In this document: piece by piece, positions 36,324-48,252 of the stretch
How positions within the stretch are numbered: the stretch's first letter is position 1
Layout: the number at the start of each line of letters is the position of its first letter
Made by a program: the position numbers and the translations under genes
Virus record (IMG/VR): IMGVR_UViG_3300036770_007703
Coordinates: 1 to 64,000 of that record
Reading direction: 5' to 3' (one strand)
Origin: a virus
Length of the DNA stretch: 64,000 bases
Notes under the pieces: generated by a model
Told to the model about the DNA's origin: nothing
The model's input: the letters and a program-made list of their open reading frames with translations, nothing else
Database searches by the model: none

Positions 36324-36885
36324 ATCCATATCCGAAAGCAGCGGATACAGCCTCAAAGGCAGCTTCACTCGAGACCTCACCACCAGCAAGGTATGGTTGC
36401 TGATGGAACTTGCTCGCATACGACCACGAGTGGGAACTGTTTACAATCTAGGTTCTTGGTATGGAAATCTGGCCATGTACTTCAATCTGCTGCCCCTGGT
36501 TCGAGCTCGCAAAATCATCAATGTAGAACAACAATCTCAATGGTTGCGCCAAGGTGCACGCATGCTGCGCCTCATGGGTGCCCAGAACGTGATCAACATG
36601 CACCAAGATGCCAATGATCTAGACTATCCACAGCTGGATGGCAACGGAGTGGTCATCAATACCAGTGTCAACGACATGCCTGGACGAGACTGGTATGATC
36701 ATGTGCCAAACAACACACTGATGATCATGCAGACCCGAGATCACAATCCCAATCGCAGCGACTACGAAAACAACGACGAAATCTTGCAAGCGTTTCCCTT
36801 GCGCCGTGTGCTGTATCGCGGCCGCCTGGATCTCACAGACCCTGAAACCGAATACACACGCTACATGGTGATTGGCATCAAATGA
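36307..36885 (+). CDS. Class I SAM-dependent methyltransferase-like
   Basis: SKVWL, NLGSWYG, INVE, DAN, VINTS, RYMVIG. Confidence 0.65.
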   Translation: MNSKNKSISESSGYSLKGSFTRDLTTSKVWLLMELARIRPRVGTVYNLGSWYGNLAMYFNLLPLVRARKIINVEQQSQWLRQGARMLRLMGAQNVINMHQDANDLDYPQLDGNGVVINTSVNDMPGRDWYDHVPNNTLMIMQTRDHNPNRSDYENNDEILQAFPLRRVLYRGRLDLTDPETEYTRYMVIGIK

Positions 36886-38015
36886 CATTGAACGCAACAG
36901 TGTCAGGCCTGGATCATCATCTCCTCACTCCGCACGAAGGTTTTGATATACAGCACTGGGATCAGTGTTTGGATCATACCCAACGGGTGTTTGATTGGTT
37001 GCCTTCGGTGTTTCGAGATGGAAAATCCACCTATTGCCTGCTCAATGTCAACAATCCCACGGACTCCACCATACCCGATCTCCCACAGCATTACGATCGC
37101 TATGTGATATCTTTCCATCTCGAGTATCCGCGTTATTGGTGGATAGAGAAATTTTGTCAGCATTTCTCGGATCGAGAAGTGGTGCTGATAACCCAGTTCG
37201 ATCATTTTCATCTCCACATACCCAATCTCCGTGTGCTGTGCTATGATGTGTGGCCCGAGGTTCTGGAACTGCTGCGCGAACACGGCCATTTCGTTCCGTT
37301 ACCATCAACACCGCGCACACACAAGCTCAGCGCACTGTGCAACCGTGTCAGCCAGATCAAGGCTTACGTGGTGTGGTATCTCTATCGAAGACACGATGCC
37401 GACCAATGCATATTGTCATGGCATTGCAATGTGACCAAGCCCGAAGATTTGTTTTTTATGTCGGCCACTGGCAATGCCCGCATCGACGATCTCACGACGT
37501 GGATGCAACAAAACCGTGTGCTAGAAAAGCGCATCATACCCGATCGTTTCTCCAACACTCCACTGGCCAATTTTGACTATAGCATACCGGCCTATCTAGA
37601 CTGCGTGGTCAACTGCACCAACGAAAGCTGGAACCATTCGTATCAGCGTGTGGATGGTCGAGAATATGTGTTGCCCGGACCTTATCTCACTGAAAAGACC
37701 TGGAAACCTTTGCTGTCCGGCACCGCGCTGTTGCCGGCCGGGCAGTACAACAACTATCGCACCCTAGAATCCCTGGGATTCCGCTTTGATTATCCCTGGG
37801 ATCTCAGTTACGACGACGAAGTTGGCGACCTAAAAAGATTTGATCGACTGTTTGATGTGCTGGATTCCATCATGTCCCTGGATCTAGATTATCTGCGACG
37901 GCGCACACAACGCAGCAATGAGCACAATCAGCGCCACATACTACAGGGCGGCTTCACCCAGCGTGCTCGACGAGTCAATCAACAACGATTGGAAAAATAT
38001 CGATATGGTCAATGA
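36882..38015 (+). CDS. Glycosyltransferase-like protein (GT-B, GT10-like C-terminus)
   Basis: C.VN...E......LTEKTWKPLL.G....GQ......LESLGF.....DLSYD. Confidence 0.5.
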   Translation: MTLNATVSGLDHHLLTPHEGFDIQHWDQCLDHTQRVFDWLPSVFRDGKSTYCLLNVNNPTDSTIPDLPQHYDRYVISFHLEYPRYWWIEKFCQHFSDREVVLITQFDHFHLHIPNLRVLCYDVWPEVLELLREHGHFVPLPSTPRTHKLSALCNRVSQIKAYVVWYLYRRHDADQCILSWHCNVTKPEDLFFMSATGNARIDDLTTWMQQNRVLEKRIIPDRFSNTPLANFDYSIPAYLDCVVNCTNESWNHSYQRVDGREYVLPGPYLTEKTWKPLLSGTALLPAGQYNNYRTLESLGFRFDYPWDLSYDDEVGDLKRFDRLFDVLDSIMSLDLDYLRRRTQRSNEHNQRHILQGGFTQRARRVNQQRLEKYRYGQ

Positions 38016-38823
38016 GCTGGGCGTGACTGGTGCCAGTATATCACGCTGTCCTTGGTTGACCTGGGTGGACTTTTTGCTCGACGATCTAGGATCGCCGGCC
38101 CTGCGCAACTATGCTTGCAAGGGTGCCGGAAATAGGTATATTTCGCACAGCGCCATGAAACTGTCACAGGATCTAGTTGATGAAGCTGTTGTGGCTGTGA
38201 TGTTCACCAACTTTGACAAGTTTGATCAATGGGTACAAGGCAGTGTATTGGAAAGCCTGCGCGATGAACGGCATGTTCCAAGATGGATCAACGGCGACGT
38301 GGCACGAGATCGCGGCTATTGGTGTACCGGCAGTCATTTTCCCAAAATCAAATCTCTGTATCGAGACCACTACTTCGATGTCACGCAGTTGGCTCTCCAG
38401 TCGTTGAACGACATCGCAGCCGCTGTGGCTGTGCTGAAACGGCGCCGTCCTTCGCTGTTGGTGATGTTTGACAGTCCGGTGTTGTGTTGCACCGAACAAC
38501 ACATCAACACGCTGACACAACGCAGCCATGGAGATCTATCACTGGAATCTGATCGGTCCATGCAACCGTTGATCGACTATGTACGAGATCATGTCGTGGA
38601 TTTCCGGGGACTGATTGGACACTGCTGGGACCACGATCTTCCCTGGCAGCACTCGGTGTATGGACCGCACCCGCCCAGCAACAGCCACCTCAGTTACTAC
38701 GAACTGTGTGTGAGACCCTGGATACAAAGGAATTGGACCCACTGTGATCTAATGGGCATAGCAAATGAAACTCGCAGCATGGCCGACAAGATGACGAAAA
38801 AATGGCATCAGTCGGGATTTTGA
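38005..38823 (+). CDS. SGNH-like hydrolase or acyltransferase
   Basis: GASIS..W.TW, GAGN.YI, HPP..SH. Confidence 0.55.
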   Translation: MVNELGVTGASISRCPWLTWVDFLLDDLGSPALRNYACKGAGNRYISHSAMKLSQDLVDEAVVAVMFTNFDKFDQWVQGSVLESLRDERHVPRWINGDVARDRGYWCTGSHFPKIKSLYRDHYFDVTQLALQSLNDIAAAVAVLKRRRPSLLVMFDSPVLCCTEQHINTLTQRSHGDLSLESDRSMQPLIDYVRDHVVDFRGLIGHCWDHDLPWQHSVYGPHPPSNSHLSYYELCVRPWIQRNWTHCDLMGIANETRSMADKMTKKWHQSGF

Positions 38824-38834
38824 TATATAATCTT

Positions 38835-40120
<1,286 letters not shown>

Positions 40121-40124
<4 letters not shown>

Positions 40125-40148
40125 CATTCTTCTAGCATCTGTTATACT
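40121..40148 (+). promoter_or_regulatory. Sigma70-like promoter TTGACA-N16-TATACT with extended -10 TG
   Basis: Direct sequence match upstream of the 40170 ORF. Confidence 0.7.
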
Positions 40149-40169
40149 AGTATTTTTCCTGGAGATAAA

Positions 40170-40430
40170 ATGGACACTCGAACTTTCAGCGCAGAACAAA
40201 AAGCCAAACTCACACAGATCATCAACGAAGGCATGCAGGTCATGCATGAAGTGGAAACACTCAACGGTGGACTCAGCGACACCATCAAGGCCGTGGCCGA
40301 AGAACTTGAGATCAAACCCAATGTGCTCAAAAAGGCCATACGACTGGCACACAAGGCTGAATTTGGCAAAGAGCAGCAGGATCATGCCTTGCTGGAAACC
40401 ATCCTTACCACAGTGGGCAAAACTCTTTGA
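40170..40430 (+). CDS. dsDNA-binding protein (T4 DsbA/GapR-like)
   Basis: Size and helical pattern '..IK.VAEELEIKP..LKKAIRLAHK'. Confidence 0.6.
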   Translation: MDTRTFSAEQKAKLTQIINEGMQVMHEVETLNGGLSDTIKAVAEELEIKPNVLKKAIRLAHKAEFGKEQQDHALLETILTTVGKTL

Positions 40431-41213
40431 ATGTTTGTGCGCAGATCGTACCTGGAACAGAACCCGGTATTTTCGATCGCGCACGATTTTGGATATGAAA
40501 ATCTGGTAGTAAGTGGTTGCAGTTTCACTTTCAACAACAGTGAAACCCATGCCAGCAGCTGGCCCTACTACCTGAGAGAGTTGGGTGGATTCAAGAAAGT
40601 GTATGATTGTTCGTTGCCCGGGGCCGGCAACTATCACATCAGTCATGCATTGCAATGGTCACTGACCCAAGAAGGCCTGGATCCCAGTGAGACCTTGGTA
40701 TTGGTGATGTGGTCCGGCCATGACCGAGATGACACCATTGCCGGTGTATCAGCATTGGATCCCGGCTACACGACCAAACACTACTACACCCCGGGAGTGG
40801 TGTCTGCGGTCACAGGAGGCAGCATCTTGGATGCTCGCGGAAACACACGCAATGGACTGGACTGCATGCGATCGATCAAGACTCCAGAGTCTCGAGCCGT
40901 GGAAAACTATCTCTACATCGATGCTCTGCGAGCCTGGCTGGTTCACAATGGTTATCGGTCGGTGTTTGTGGATTATCTAGATCCGTCTCTGCCCAATCGC
41001 ACCCGGAATTTCAACATACGAGATCATCTCCCAACTGCGTGCCAACAACGATTGGATGCTGTGTTTGCTGACTGTGTGGACATCTATGCATTTTGTGTCA
41101 AAAATGATCTGTTGTACGAAGATGATCTGCACCCCAGTGCCAACGGACATCTGGCTTGGACCCGCCAATGTTTGATACCTTGTCTCAAATCGCTGAACAT
41201 CGACAACAAGTGA
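40431..41213 (+). CDS. SGNH-like hydrolase or acyltransferase
   Basis: SGCSFT, SWP, GAGN, DDLHPS.NGH. Confidence 0.65.
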   Translation: MFVRRSYLEQNPVFSIAHDFGYENLVVSGCSFTFNNSETHASSWPYYLRELGGFKKVYDCSLPGAGNYHISHALQWSLTQEGLDPSETLVLVMWSGHDRDDTIAGVSALDPGYTTKHYYTPGVVSAVTGGSILDARGNTRNGLDCMRSIKTPESRAVENYLYIDALRAWLVHNGYRSVFVDYLDPSLPNRTRNFNIRDHLPTACQQRLDAVFADCVDIYAFCVKNDLLYEDDLHPSANGHLAWTRQCLIPCLKSLNIDNK

Positions 41214-41220
41214 GCACATC

Positions 41221-42111
41221 GTGTCCAATCAAGCGCGGATCACACTGACTTCGCCCGATGGCAAGGATTCGGTGTGGGCCACCATCAACCTCATTGACAA
41301 TCCCGGAGTGCAGGCCTGGCAACAAGCCGTGAGGAAGAATCCCCGGCAGCGTGATGTTTTGCCCATGCATCGATTCCGAGAACCCTATGCTCGAGATCCG
41401 CAGTTCGATCGAGCATATCGAGATCTCTTGATCGTGGCCCACCAGTTAAAGGACACCGATTATGCACTGCCCGAACCAGTGCCCTCGGTGCAGGAAATAT
41501 CACAGCCGTGGTGCAATCGTGCGCATCGGCATTTCACTCACGCACATCAACGATTGACCGAAAACTACAGCTGGGATCACCCGCACTATGTGAAACACTA
41601 TCCGTTGCTGTCGCGATTGAACGATCATGTACACATGGTAGAGATATATCATGATTGTTGGCCGCGGCACATGAACACTTGGTTCACTCCACACATCACT
41701 TGCTTGGCCAACATGGACTACGAAGCTGTGCCGATTCCTGATGCTGGTCAGTATCACAGCTGGCAACATCATGACGTGATACTGGATGCCTACATCTTGG
41801 GCAAGACCACTATATGCAGTTTCCTCGACGACGACGATCCTCGAGATTGGGATACCACCGGACATCACATCACTGCCGGTGGATTCATGATACTGTTTGA
41901 CGATCATCGCCAGAAAATCTATCAAAGTCCGGAGTTCCAGGCATGGCTGTCTAAATACCAGGTCACCAAGCAAGATATTCCCGGAGACTTTCCCTTGGGA
42001 AATCTGGATCCAGCTCACCGACAACGGTTGCAGCAGTTTTGGCCACGCATGGATCCAAATTGGCGATGCGACATCGAATTGACCGTTGACCATCACAGAG
42101 AAACATGTTAG
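41221..42111 (+). CDS. Hypothetical protein
   Basis: 296 aa His-rich ORF with GTG start. Confidence 0.6.
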   Translation: MSNQARITLTSPDGKDSVWATINLIDNPGVQAWQQAVRKNPRQRDVLPMHRFREPYARDPQFDRAYRDLLIVAHQLKDTDYALPEPVPSVQEISQPWCNRAHRHFTHAHQRLTENYSWDHPHYVKHYPLLSRLNDHVHMVEIYHDCWPRHMNTWFTPHITCLANMDYEAVPIPDAGQYHSWQHHDVILDAYILGKTTICSFLDDDDPRDWDTTGHHITAGGFMILFDDHRQKIYQSPEFQAWLSKYQVTKQDIPGDFPLGNLDPAHRQRLQQFWPRMDPNWRCDIELTVDHHRETC

Positions 42112-42114
42112 AAT
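42086..42114 (+). promoter_or_regulatory. Sigma70-like promoter TTGACC-N17-TAGAAT with extended -10
   Basis: Lies upstream of the polymerase TTG start. Confidence 0.6.
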
Positions 42115-42136
42115 AACTCATCAACGAGGGAAAACA

Positions 42137-44797
42137 TTGAGCTACATTGACGCTTTATACGACCGAGAACGCGATCGCATACATGTGGTAGGGCGACGGG
42201 ATGGCGAACGCTATTACGAAGAGTTTCCGGCCAACTATGTGTTTTACTACGACGATCCGCGAGGCAAATTCCGCAGCATCTATGGCAACCCAGTAAGCAG
42301 ATTCAGCACACGCAACAACAAAGAGTTCCGCAAAGAATTGGCCATACAAAAAGGCAAACGCTGTTACGAAAGTGACATCAATCCGGTGTTCCGTTGCCTG
42401 GAAGAGAATTACAAAGGTGTCGATGCTCCCAGGCTGCACACAGCGTTCTTTGACATCGAAGTAGACTTTGATCCCGAGCGTGGGTTCTCGCGCCCCGAAG
42501 ATCCCTTCAATCCCATCACTGCTATTTCGGTGTACATGGACTGGTTGGATCGACTGGTGACTTTGGTGATCCCACCTCGTTCCATGAGTCGTGAAACAGC
42601 TCAAGAGATCGCGGCCGAGTTCGAAGACACCTTCGTGTTCGAGCAGGAATCACAACTGCTGGATGCGTTCCTCAACATCATCGAAGATGCCGATGTGTTG
42701 AGTGGTTGGAACTCCGAGGGTTATGACATACCTTACACCGTGCAACGCATCACACGGGTGCTGTCAAAAGATGACACGCGGAGATTTTGTCTCTGGCATC
42801 AATTGCCCAAACAGAGGACTTTCGAGCGCTTTGGTGCCGAAAACATCACGTTTGATCTCATAGGTCGTGTGCATCTCGACTACATGCAACTGTACAGGAA
42901 ATACACCTACGAAGAGCGACACAGCTACAGCCTGGATGCCATTGGTGAATACGAAGAGCTGGGGAGCAAGACTGCGTTCGAAGGCACCCTGGATCAGCTC
43001 TACAACCAAAACTGGAAGACATTCATCGAGTACAACCGGCAAGATGTCCGGCTCCTGGCCAACATCGACAAAAAACTCCGGTTCCTGGATCTAGCCAACA
43101 CGCTGGCACATGAAAACACTGTGCTCCTGCCCACCACCATGGGTGCGGTGGCTGTCACAGAGCAGGCCATCATCAATGAAGCACACGAACGTGGCATGGT
43201 TGTGCCCAATCGTCGAGATCAACTGTCAGACGAAGAGACACAGGCCGCTGGCGCTTATGTGGCCTATCCCAAGAAAGGCATGCATGACTGGGTGGGATCG
43301 ATAGACATCAATAGTCTATATCCATCTACCATCCGGGCCCTGAACATGGGACCCGAGACCATCGTTGGTCAGCTTCGGCCCACGATGACCGATCGTTACA
43401 TACGCGAACGACAACAAGGTGGCATGAGCTTTGCGGCTGCTTGGGAAGGCCTGTTTGGAACGCTGGAGTACACGGCCGTGATGGAGCAACAGCGAGGCAC
43501 AGAGATCACCATCGACTGGGCACAGGGCGGGGATGATGTGCTCAGTGCCGCTGAAGTATGGCAACTGATATTTGACAGCAATCGACCCTGGATGCTTTCG
43601 GCCAATGGCACCATATTCACCTACGAGACTGAGGCAGTGATCCCTGGCTTGTTGAAACGCTGGTATGCAGAACGCAAAGAAATGCAAGCCAAACTCAAGG
43701 AGTCGACTACAAAAGAAGACGAGGAATACTGGGACAAAAGACAGCTGGTCAAGAAGATCAATCTAAATAGTCTGTATGGAGCTATCTTGAATCCCGGCTG
43801 TAGATTTTTTGACAAACGCATCGGTCAGAGCACCACGCTCACGGGCCGGGCCATCGCACAGCACATGGATGCCTATGTCAACGAGTGCATCACCGGAAAG
43901 TATGATCACGTGGGCGAAACCATCATCTACGGTGACACAGACTCGTGTTACTTCTCGGCCTGGCCTGTGCTACGCAAAGAAGTGGAGGCCGGCCACATGC
44001 AGTGGAGCAAAGAGACCTGCATCCAGCTCTATGATGGCATCGCCGAACAAGTGAACCAGAGCTTCCCGGGATTCATGGAGCGTGCTTTCCATGTGCCGCG
44101 TGAGATGGGCAGTGTGATCCGAGGCGGTCGCGAAGTTGTGGCCAGCCGGGGCTTGTTCATCACCAAGAAGCGTTATGCTGTGATGATCATTGACAAAGAA
44201 GGCAAACGCATCGATGTCAACGGTCGCCCCGGTAAAGTCAAGGCCATGGGTCTGGATCTCAAGCGCAGTGACACACCTCGTGTGATCCAGGACTTCCTCA
44301 GCGATCTCCTGGAACGTGTGCTAAATGGATCTCAGCGCGACGAGATCGTGGAAATCGTCAAGGAGTTCAAGTATGCGTTCAAAGAGCGTCCAGGCTGGGA
44401 GAAAGGTTCGCCCAAGCGTGCCAACAACATCACACAATATGCCAAGAAAGAAGAACGCGAAGGCCGAGCCAACATGCCGGGACATGTGCGTGCCAGCTTG
44501 AACTGGAATACCATGCGCCGAATGAACAGCGACAACTACTCGATGCAGATCGTGGATGGCATGAAAGTGATCGTGTGCAAGCTCAAGTCAAATGCCTTGG
44601 GCTGGACATCGATAGCTTATCCCACAGATGAACTGCATCTACCCACGTGGTTCAAAGAACTACCGTTTGATGACGGAGAGATGGAAGCCACCATCATTGA
44701 CGGCAAGATCGATAACCTCTTGGGTGTGTTGGATTGGGATCTAGAATCTGCCACCAATACCGACAACACTTTCCAGACCTTGTTCGAATTCCAATGA
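42137..44797 (+). CDS. Family B DNA polymerase (gp43-like)
   Basis: ExoI FDIE, ExoII WN...YD, ExoIII YN..D, DINSLYPS, K...NSLYG, YGDTDS, KKRY. TTG start after GAGGG. Confidence 0.96.
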   Translation: MSYIDALYDRERDRIHVVGRRDGERYYEEFPANYVFYYDDPRGKFRSIYGNPVSRFSTRNNKEFRKELAIQKGKRCYESDINPVFRCLEENYKGVDAPRLHTAFFDIEVDFDPERGFSRPEDPFNPITAISVYMDWLDRLVTLVIPPRSMSRETAQEIAAEFEDTFVFEQESQLLDAFLNIIEDADVLSGWNSEGYDIPYTVQRITRVLSKDDTRRFCLWHQLPKQRTFERFGAENITFDLIGRVHLDYMQLYRKYTYEERHSYSLDAIGEYEELGSKTAFEGTLDQLYNQNWKTFIEYNRQDVRLLANIDKKLRFLDLANTLAHENTVLLPTTMGAVAVTEQAIINEAHERGMVVPNRRDQLSDEETQAAGAYVAYPKKGMHDWVGSIDINSLYPSTIRALNMGPETIVGQLRPTMTDRYIRERQQGGMSFAAAWEGLFGTLEYTAVMEQQRGTEITIDWAQGGDDVLSAAEVWQLIFDSNRPWMLSANGTIFTYETEAVIPGLLKRWYAERKEMQAKLKESTTKEDEEYWDKRQLVKKINLNSLYGAILNPGCRFFDKRIGQSTTLTGRAIAQHMDAYVNECITGKYDHVGETIIYGDTDSCYFSAWPVLRKEVEAGHMQWSKETCIQLYDGIAEQVNQSFPGFMERAFHVPREMGSVIRGGREVVASRGLFITKKRYAVMIIDKEGKRIDVNGRPGKVKAMGLDLKRSDTPRVIQDFLSDLLERVLNGSQRDEIVEIVKEFKYAFKERPGWEKGSPKRANNITQYAKKEEREGRANMPGHVRASLNWNTMRRMNSDNYSMQIVDGMKVIVCKLKSNALGWTSIAYPTDELHLPTWFKELPFDDGEMEATIIDGKIDNLLGVLDWDLESATNTDNTFQTLFEFQ

Positions 44798-45792
44798 AAC
44801 TAAGCGAACTCATCAAATACCGAGAAAATCTCGCACAGCTAAGACCGCAAGATCCCGAGTCCACTATATCGTTGTCCTTGGATCCGGTGAGGCATCATAT
44901 CATGACTCATGAACCGCGTTTTAAAAAGCTCGCAGCCGATCTCGAGCAATCGCGGATACGAGTCAGCGCAGGCATACAAGATTATCTCAACACGCTCAAT
45001 GCCTATGATCACGAAGTCCAACGCCAGATCGATCAACTGCATGCCGAGTACATGGCCCGCAGTTATCGCATCTACGAACAAGAAATGAGCCGCGACGACG
45101 TGGACGTGATATTGAATCGCAAACTGGGTTACGAGCTGGAAAAACGCGAATACCTACGAGGTAGGATCGCGGCCCAGTGCGATTGGAAAAATCCCGGCAT
45201 GATCTTGAGACCGGCACGCGAGCAGTGGATACTCAAACTGGTGGGCTTGGATCCGCTTTACATCGTGGATCAAAGCCATGATCTCTTGCGACCATCTATC
45301 ACGCAGTTCACTCCCGAATATCAGCGTCGGTTGAGACCGTACATCATACGAGAAAGCGTGAGCGGCACCGTGGGACTGGATCTTCCCGATCGGCAAATGG
45401 GCTATGCGCTGATCTACAATTTTTTCAACTACAAGCCCATGGAACTGATAAGAGCCTACATGGAATGCATCGACAAAAAAATGGCCACGGGATCCATAGT
45501 TCATCTCACCATCAATGATTGTGACCGCAGTGGCGGTGCTTTGCTGGCCGAAAGTGGTTACATGTGTTACACGCCCGGTGGCATGGTCATCAGCATGTTG
45601 GAAAGCATGGAGTACGATCTCATCAACAGTTTTCACATCGATGAGGCAGTGACCTGGCTTGAGTTCCGCAAGTCCGGTGAGAGGATCAGTTATCGAGGCG
45701 GACAGACTCTGGCTAAAATTATTGACAAAAGCAATCGTTTCTATTACAATGACGATGACGTAGATACATCAAACCCCAAGGAGATATTATGA
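44794..45792 (+). CDS. Hypothetical protein with degenerate methyltransferase-like C-terminus
   Basis: Coiled N-terminus and Rossmann-like pattern (LYIVD, LP..Q.G....YNFFNY). Confidence 0.5.
   Translation: MKLSELIKYRENLAQLRPQDPESTISLSLDPVRHHIMTHEPRFKKLAADLEQSRIRVSAGIQDYLNTLNAYDHEVQRQIDQLHAEYMARSYRIYEQEMSRDDVDVILNRKLGYELEKREYLRGRIAAQCDWKNPGMILRPAREQWILKLVGLDPLYIVDQSHDLLRPSITQFTPEYQRRLRPYIIRESVSGTVGLDLPDRQMGYALIYNFFNYKPMELIRAYMECIDKKMATGSIVHLTINDCDRSGGALLAESGYMCYTPGGMVISMLESMEYDLINSFHIDEAVTWLEFRKSGERISYRGGQTLAKIIDKSNRFYYNDDDVDTSNPKEIL
45722..45750 (+). promoter_or_regulatory. Sigma70-like promoter TTGACA-N17-TACAAT
   Basis: Near-consensus match upstream of the clamp gene. Confidence 0.7.
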
Positions 45793-46520
45793 GAGATTAC
45801 CTATTAGATTTAGTATCACACACCTACGATCTTGGCTGCATAGATCTTGTCAAGATCACTGGCACAGACCAAGAAACCGTGATCGATGGCTTGGCCGAAG
45901 ATCGTTCAGTGGTGCTCAGTGCTCGGTTCTCGGGACCTGTGGCCGACTTCATTGGCACGTTTGGCATGCCAAATCTCGCCAAGCTCAAGATCCTGCTGAA
46001 TCTACAAGAATATCGCGAGGATGCTGACATCACTGTCAAGCGACAGGACCGCAACGGACAAGAAGTTCCTGTGGGACTGCACTTCAAGAACGCAGCCGGT
46101 GATTTCAAGAACGATTATAGATTCATGACTTCGGAGATCGTGGCCGAGAAACTCAAGACCGTGAAGTTTCGCGGTGTGAACTGGAACATCGAGTTCGAGC
46201 CCACAGTGGCAGGCATCCAGCGTCTCAAGATGCAGGCCCAAGCCAACAGCGAAGAGCCCATGTTCCAGGTCAAAGTAGACAACGGAAACTTGTTGTTCCA
46301 GTTCGGTGATCATAGCACACACGCCGGTGAGTTCATCTTCCATGCCGGTATCACTGGAGATCTCAAACGCACCTGGAGCTATCCGGTCAAACAAGTGATC
46401 TCGATCCTGGATCTCGTGGGCGACAAAGTGGTTCGCATCAGCGACGACGGAGCTGCTGAGATCACTGTGGACTCGGGCATGGCCCAGTATCGTTACATCC
46501 TACCAGCTCAAGTCAAGTGA
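45789..46520 (+). CDS. Sliding clamp (gp45/PCNA-like)
   Basis: 243 aa two-domain size, acidic, C-terminal Y.Y.LPA; near the polymerase, with a clamp loader in the window. Confidence 0.65.
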   Translation: MRDYLLDLVSHTYDLGCIDLVKITGTDQETVIDGLAEDRSVVLSARFSGPVADFIGTFGMPNLAKLKILLNLQEYREDADITVKRQDRNGQEVPVGLHFKNAAGDFKNDYRFMTSEIVAEKLKTVKFRGVNWNIEFEPTVAGIQRLKMQAQANSEEPMFQVKVDNGNLLFQFGDHSTHAGEFIFHAGITGDLKRTWSYPVKQVISILDLVGDKVVRISDDGAAEITVDSGMAQYRYILPAQVK

Positions 46521-48043
46521 CCGAACAATACGACCTCACTGGCCGACAACAGGATTATGCTGTGTTTTTGCCGGCCATATCCAGCTTTTATGCCACTTAC
46601 ATAGGCAAGCAACGCTACGACAACAATTTTGTTCCAGCTTCGCGCATGCCCGCTGGCATTCCTGACATGGAACAACTGAACTGGTTGAATGCCCAGAAAT
46701 CGTTGTTTCCCTATCGTTGGAGCCTGTACTCAGCGGGCCATGCCAACTTGGACGTATCAAAGTTGGTGCCCAAAGAAGACATGGTCAGGAACCGTGACCC
46801 CAACACCGTGATGTTGTGCGACTCAGGTGGATTTCAGATCGCCAAAGGTGTGTGGCCAGGACGCTGGGCCGATCCACGAGATCAGGCCGCAGAACGAAAA
46901 CGCAGAGAAGTCCTGGAGTGGCAATGTAGTATCGCCACTTATGGCATGACCATGGACATTCCCACCTGGACCTATCGCAATCCCGAATGGGCTGCGTTGG
47001 CTGGAATTTCCAGCTACGATGATGCTGTCACAGCCACCAAAAACAACAACGACTTCTGGATCGCCAATCGCCACGGTGATACCAAGATACTCAATGTGTT
47101 GCAGGGCGGTAACCATGCCGAAGCCGACCACTGGTACGACATCATGAAAGTGTATTCGGATCCCAAGCACTACCCAGAACGACACTTCAACGGCTGGGGC
47201 ATGGGCGGACAAAACATGTGTGACGTGCATCTCGTTCTCAAACGTCTGGTGCATCTCATACACGATGGCTTGCTGGAAAAAGGTGCCCATGATTGGATGC
47301 ACTTCTTGGGAACATCAAAACTGGAGTGGGCCGTGTTGCTCACTGACATCCAGCGCGCCATTCGCAAGTATCACAACAGCAACTTCACCATCAGTTTCGA
47401 TTGCGCTTCACCGTTCTTGGCCATCGCCAATGGTCAACTCTATCACGAGATCGTTACCGGAAATCGGGAAAAGTGGAGCTATCGCATGGAGCCCACGGCC
47501 GACAACAAAAAGTATGCCACAGACAATCGTCTGTTCCGAGACGCAGTGATACAGGACAGCATACATTCTGTTTTTGAGGACAGTCCGGTGAGCTCGCGTC
47601 TCAAGATTTCCGATGTGTGCGTGTACCGTCCTGGCGACGTCAACAAAGTGGGAAAAGAAGGCAAGACGTCATGGGACAGCTTCAGCTATGCTCTTCTCAT
47701 GGCGCACAATGCCTGGATGCACATTGAAGCGGTACAGCGAGCCAATCGACTCTATGATCAAGGCATCGTACCAGACATGATGGCACACCCCACCGACAAT
47801 GCTTTTGATGCCCGGACCGTGATAGACAAAGTGTTTGCCGCTCGTGATCGCCAAAAGAGCTTGCGCATAATCGATGAACATGCTAAAGTTTGGGAACGGG
47901 TGATTGGTACTCGTGGATTCACCGGAAAACGAGCTGTCAATGCCCATACCATGTTCAACAGTCTTTTTGATGTGACAGAAGAAGTCGAACCCGACAACGA
48001 ATTTGACCAAACCTGTCTTGACCGACTCGAGGAAAGTGTATAA
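46517..48043 (+). CDS. dpdA: DpdA/TGT-family guanine transglycosylase (7-deazaguanine insertion)
   Basis: DSGGFQ, MTMDIP, NVLQG, GWGMGG, HFLG, SFD..S TGT-barrel motifs; clustered with folE, queD and queE. Confidence 0.8.
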   Translation: MTEQYDLTGRQQDYAVFLPAISSFYATYIGKQRYDNNFVPASRMPAGIPDMEQLNWLNAQKSLFPYRWSLYSAGHANLDVSKLVPKEDMVRNRDPNTVMLCDSGGFQIAKGVWPGRWADPRDQAAERKRREVLEWQCSIATYGMTMDIPTWTYRNPEWAALAGISSYDDAVTATKNNNDFWIANRHGDTKILNVLQGGNHAEADHWYDIMKVYSDPKHYPERHFNGWGMGGQNMCDVHLVLKRLVHLIHDGLLEKGAHDWMHFLGTSKLEWAVLLTDIQRAIRKYHNSNFTISFDCASPFLAIANGQLYHEIVTGNREKWSYRMEPTADNKKYATDNRLFRDAVIQDSIHSVFEDSPVSSRLKISDVCVYRPGDVNKVGKEGKTSWDSFSYALLMAHNAWMHIEAVQRANRLYDQGIVPDMMAHPTDNAFDARTVIDKVFAARDRQKSLRIIDEHAKVWERVIGTRGFTGKRAVNAHTMFNSLFDVTEEVEPDNEFDQTCLDRLEESV

Positions 48044-48252
48044 TGTACGAAAATCGTATCCGGCACCTAGAAGAAATGCACCAGAATCTCAACAAGCGCA
48101 TCGATGGTTTGGAAAAAACCGGTGTTTTCGAAGACAAGAATCTGCTCGAACTCAAGAAACAAAAATTGGCCATACGTGATGAATTGAGCCGATTGCAGAA
48201 ACTGCAATGGGAGCATAATCACGAAAGCGTGAACTTGGAGGAAGATCGATGA
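48043..48252 (+). CDS. DUF465/YdcH-like coiled-coil protein
   Basis: L.E.H..L...I......LKKQKL.IRDE. Confidence 0.7.
   Translation: MYENRIRHLEEMHQNLNKRIDGLEKTGVFEDKNLLELKKQKLAIRDELSRLQKLQWEHNHESVNLEEDR

Noticed and set aside
42137-44797. Intein or intron in the DNA polymerase
   Set aside because: The ORF is continuous, of ordinary PolB length, with motifs normally spaced.
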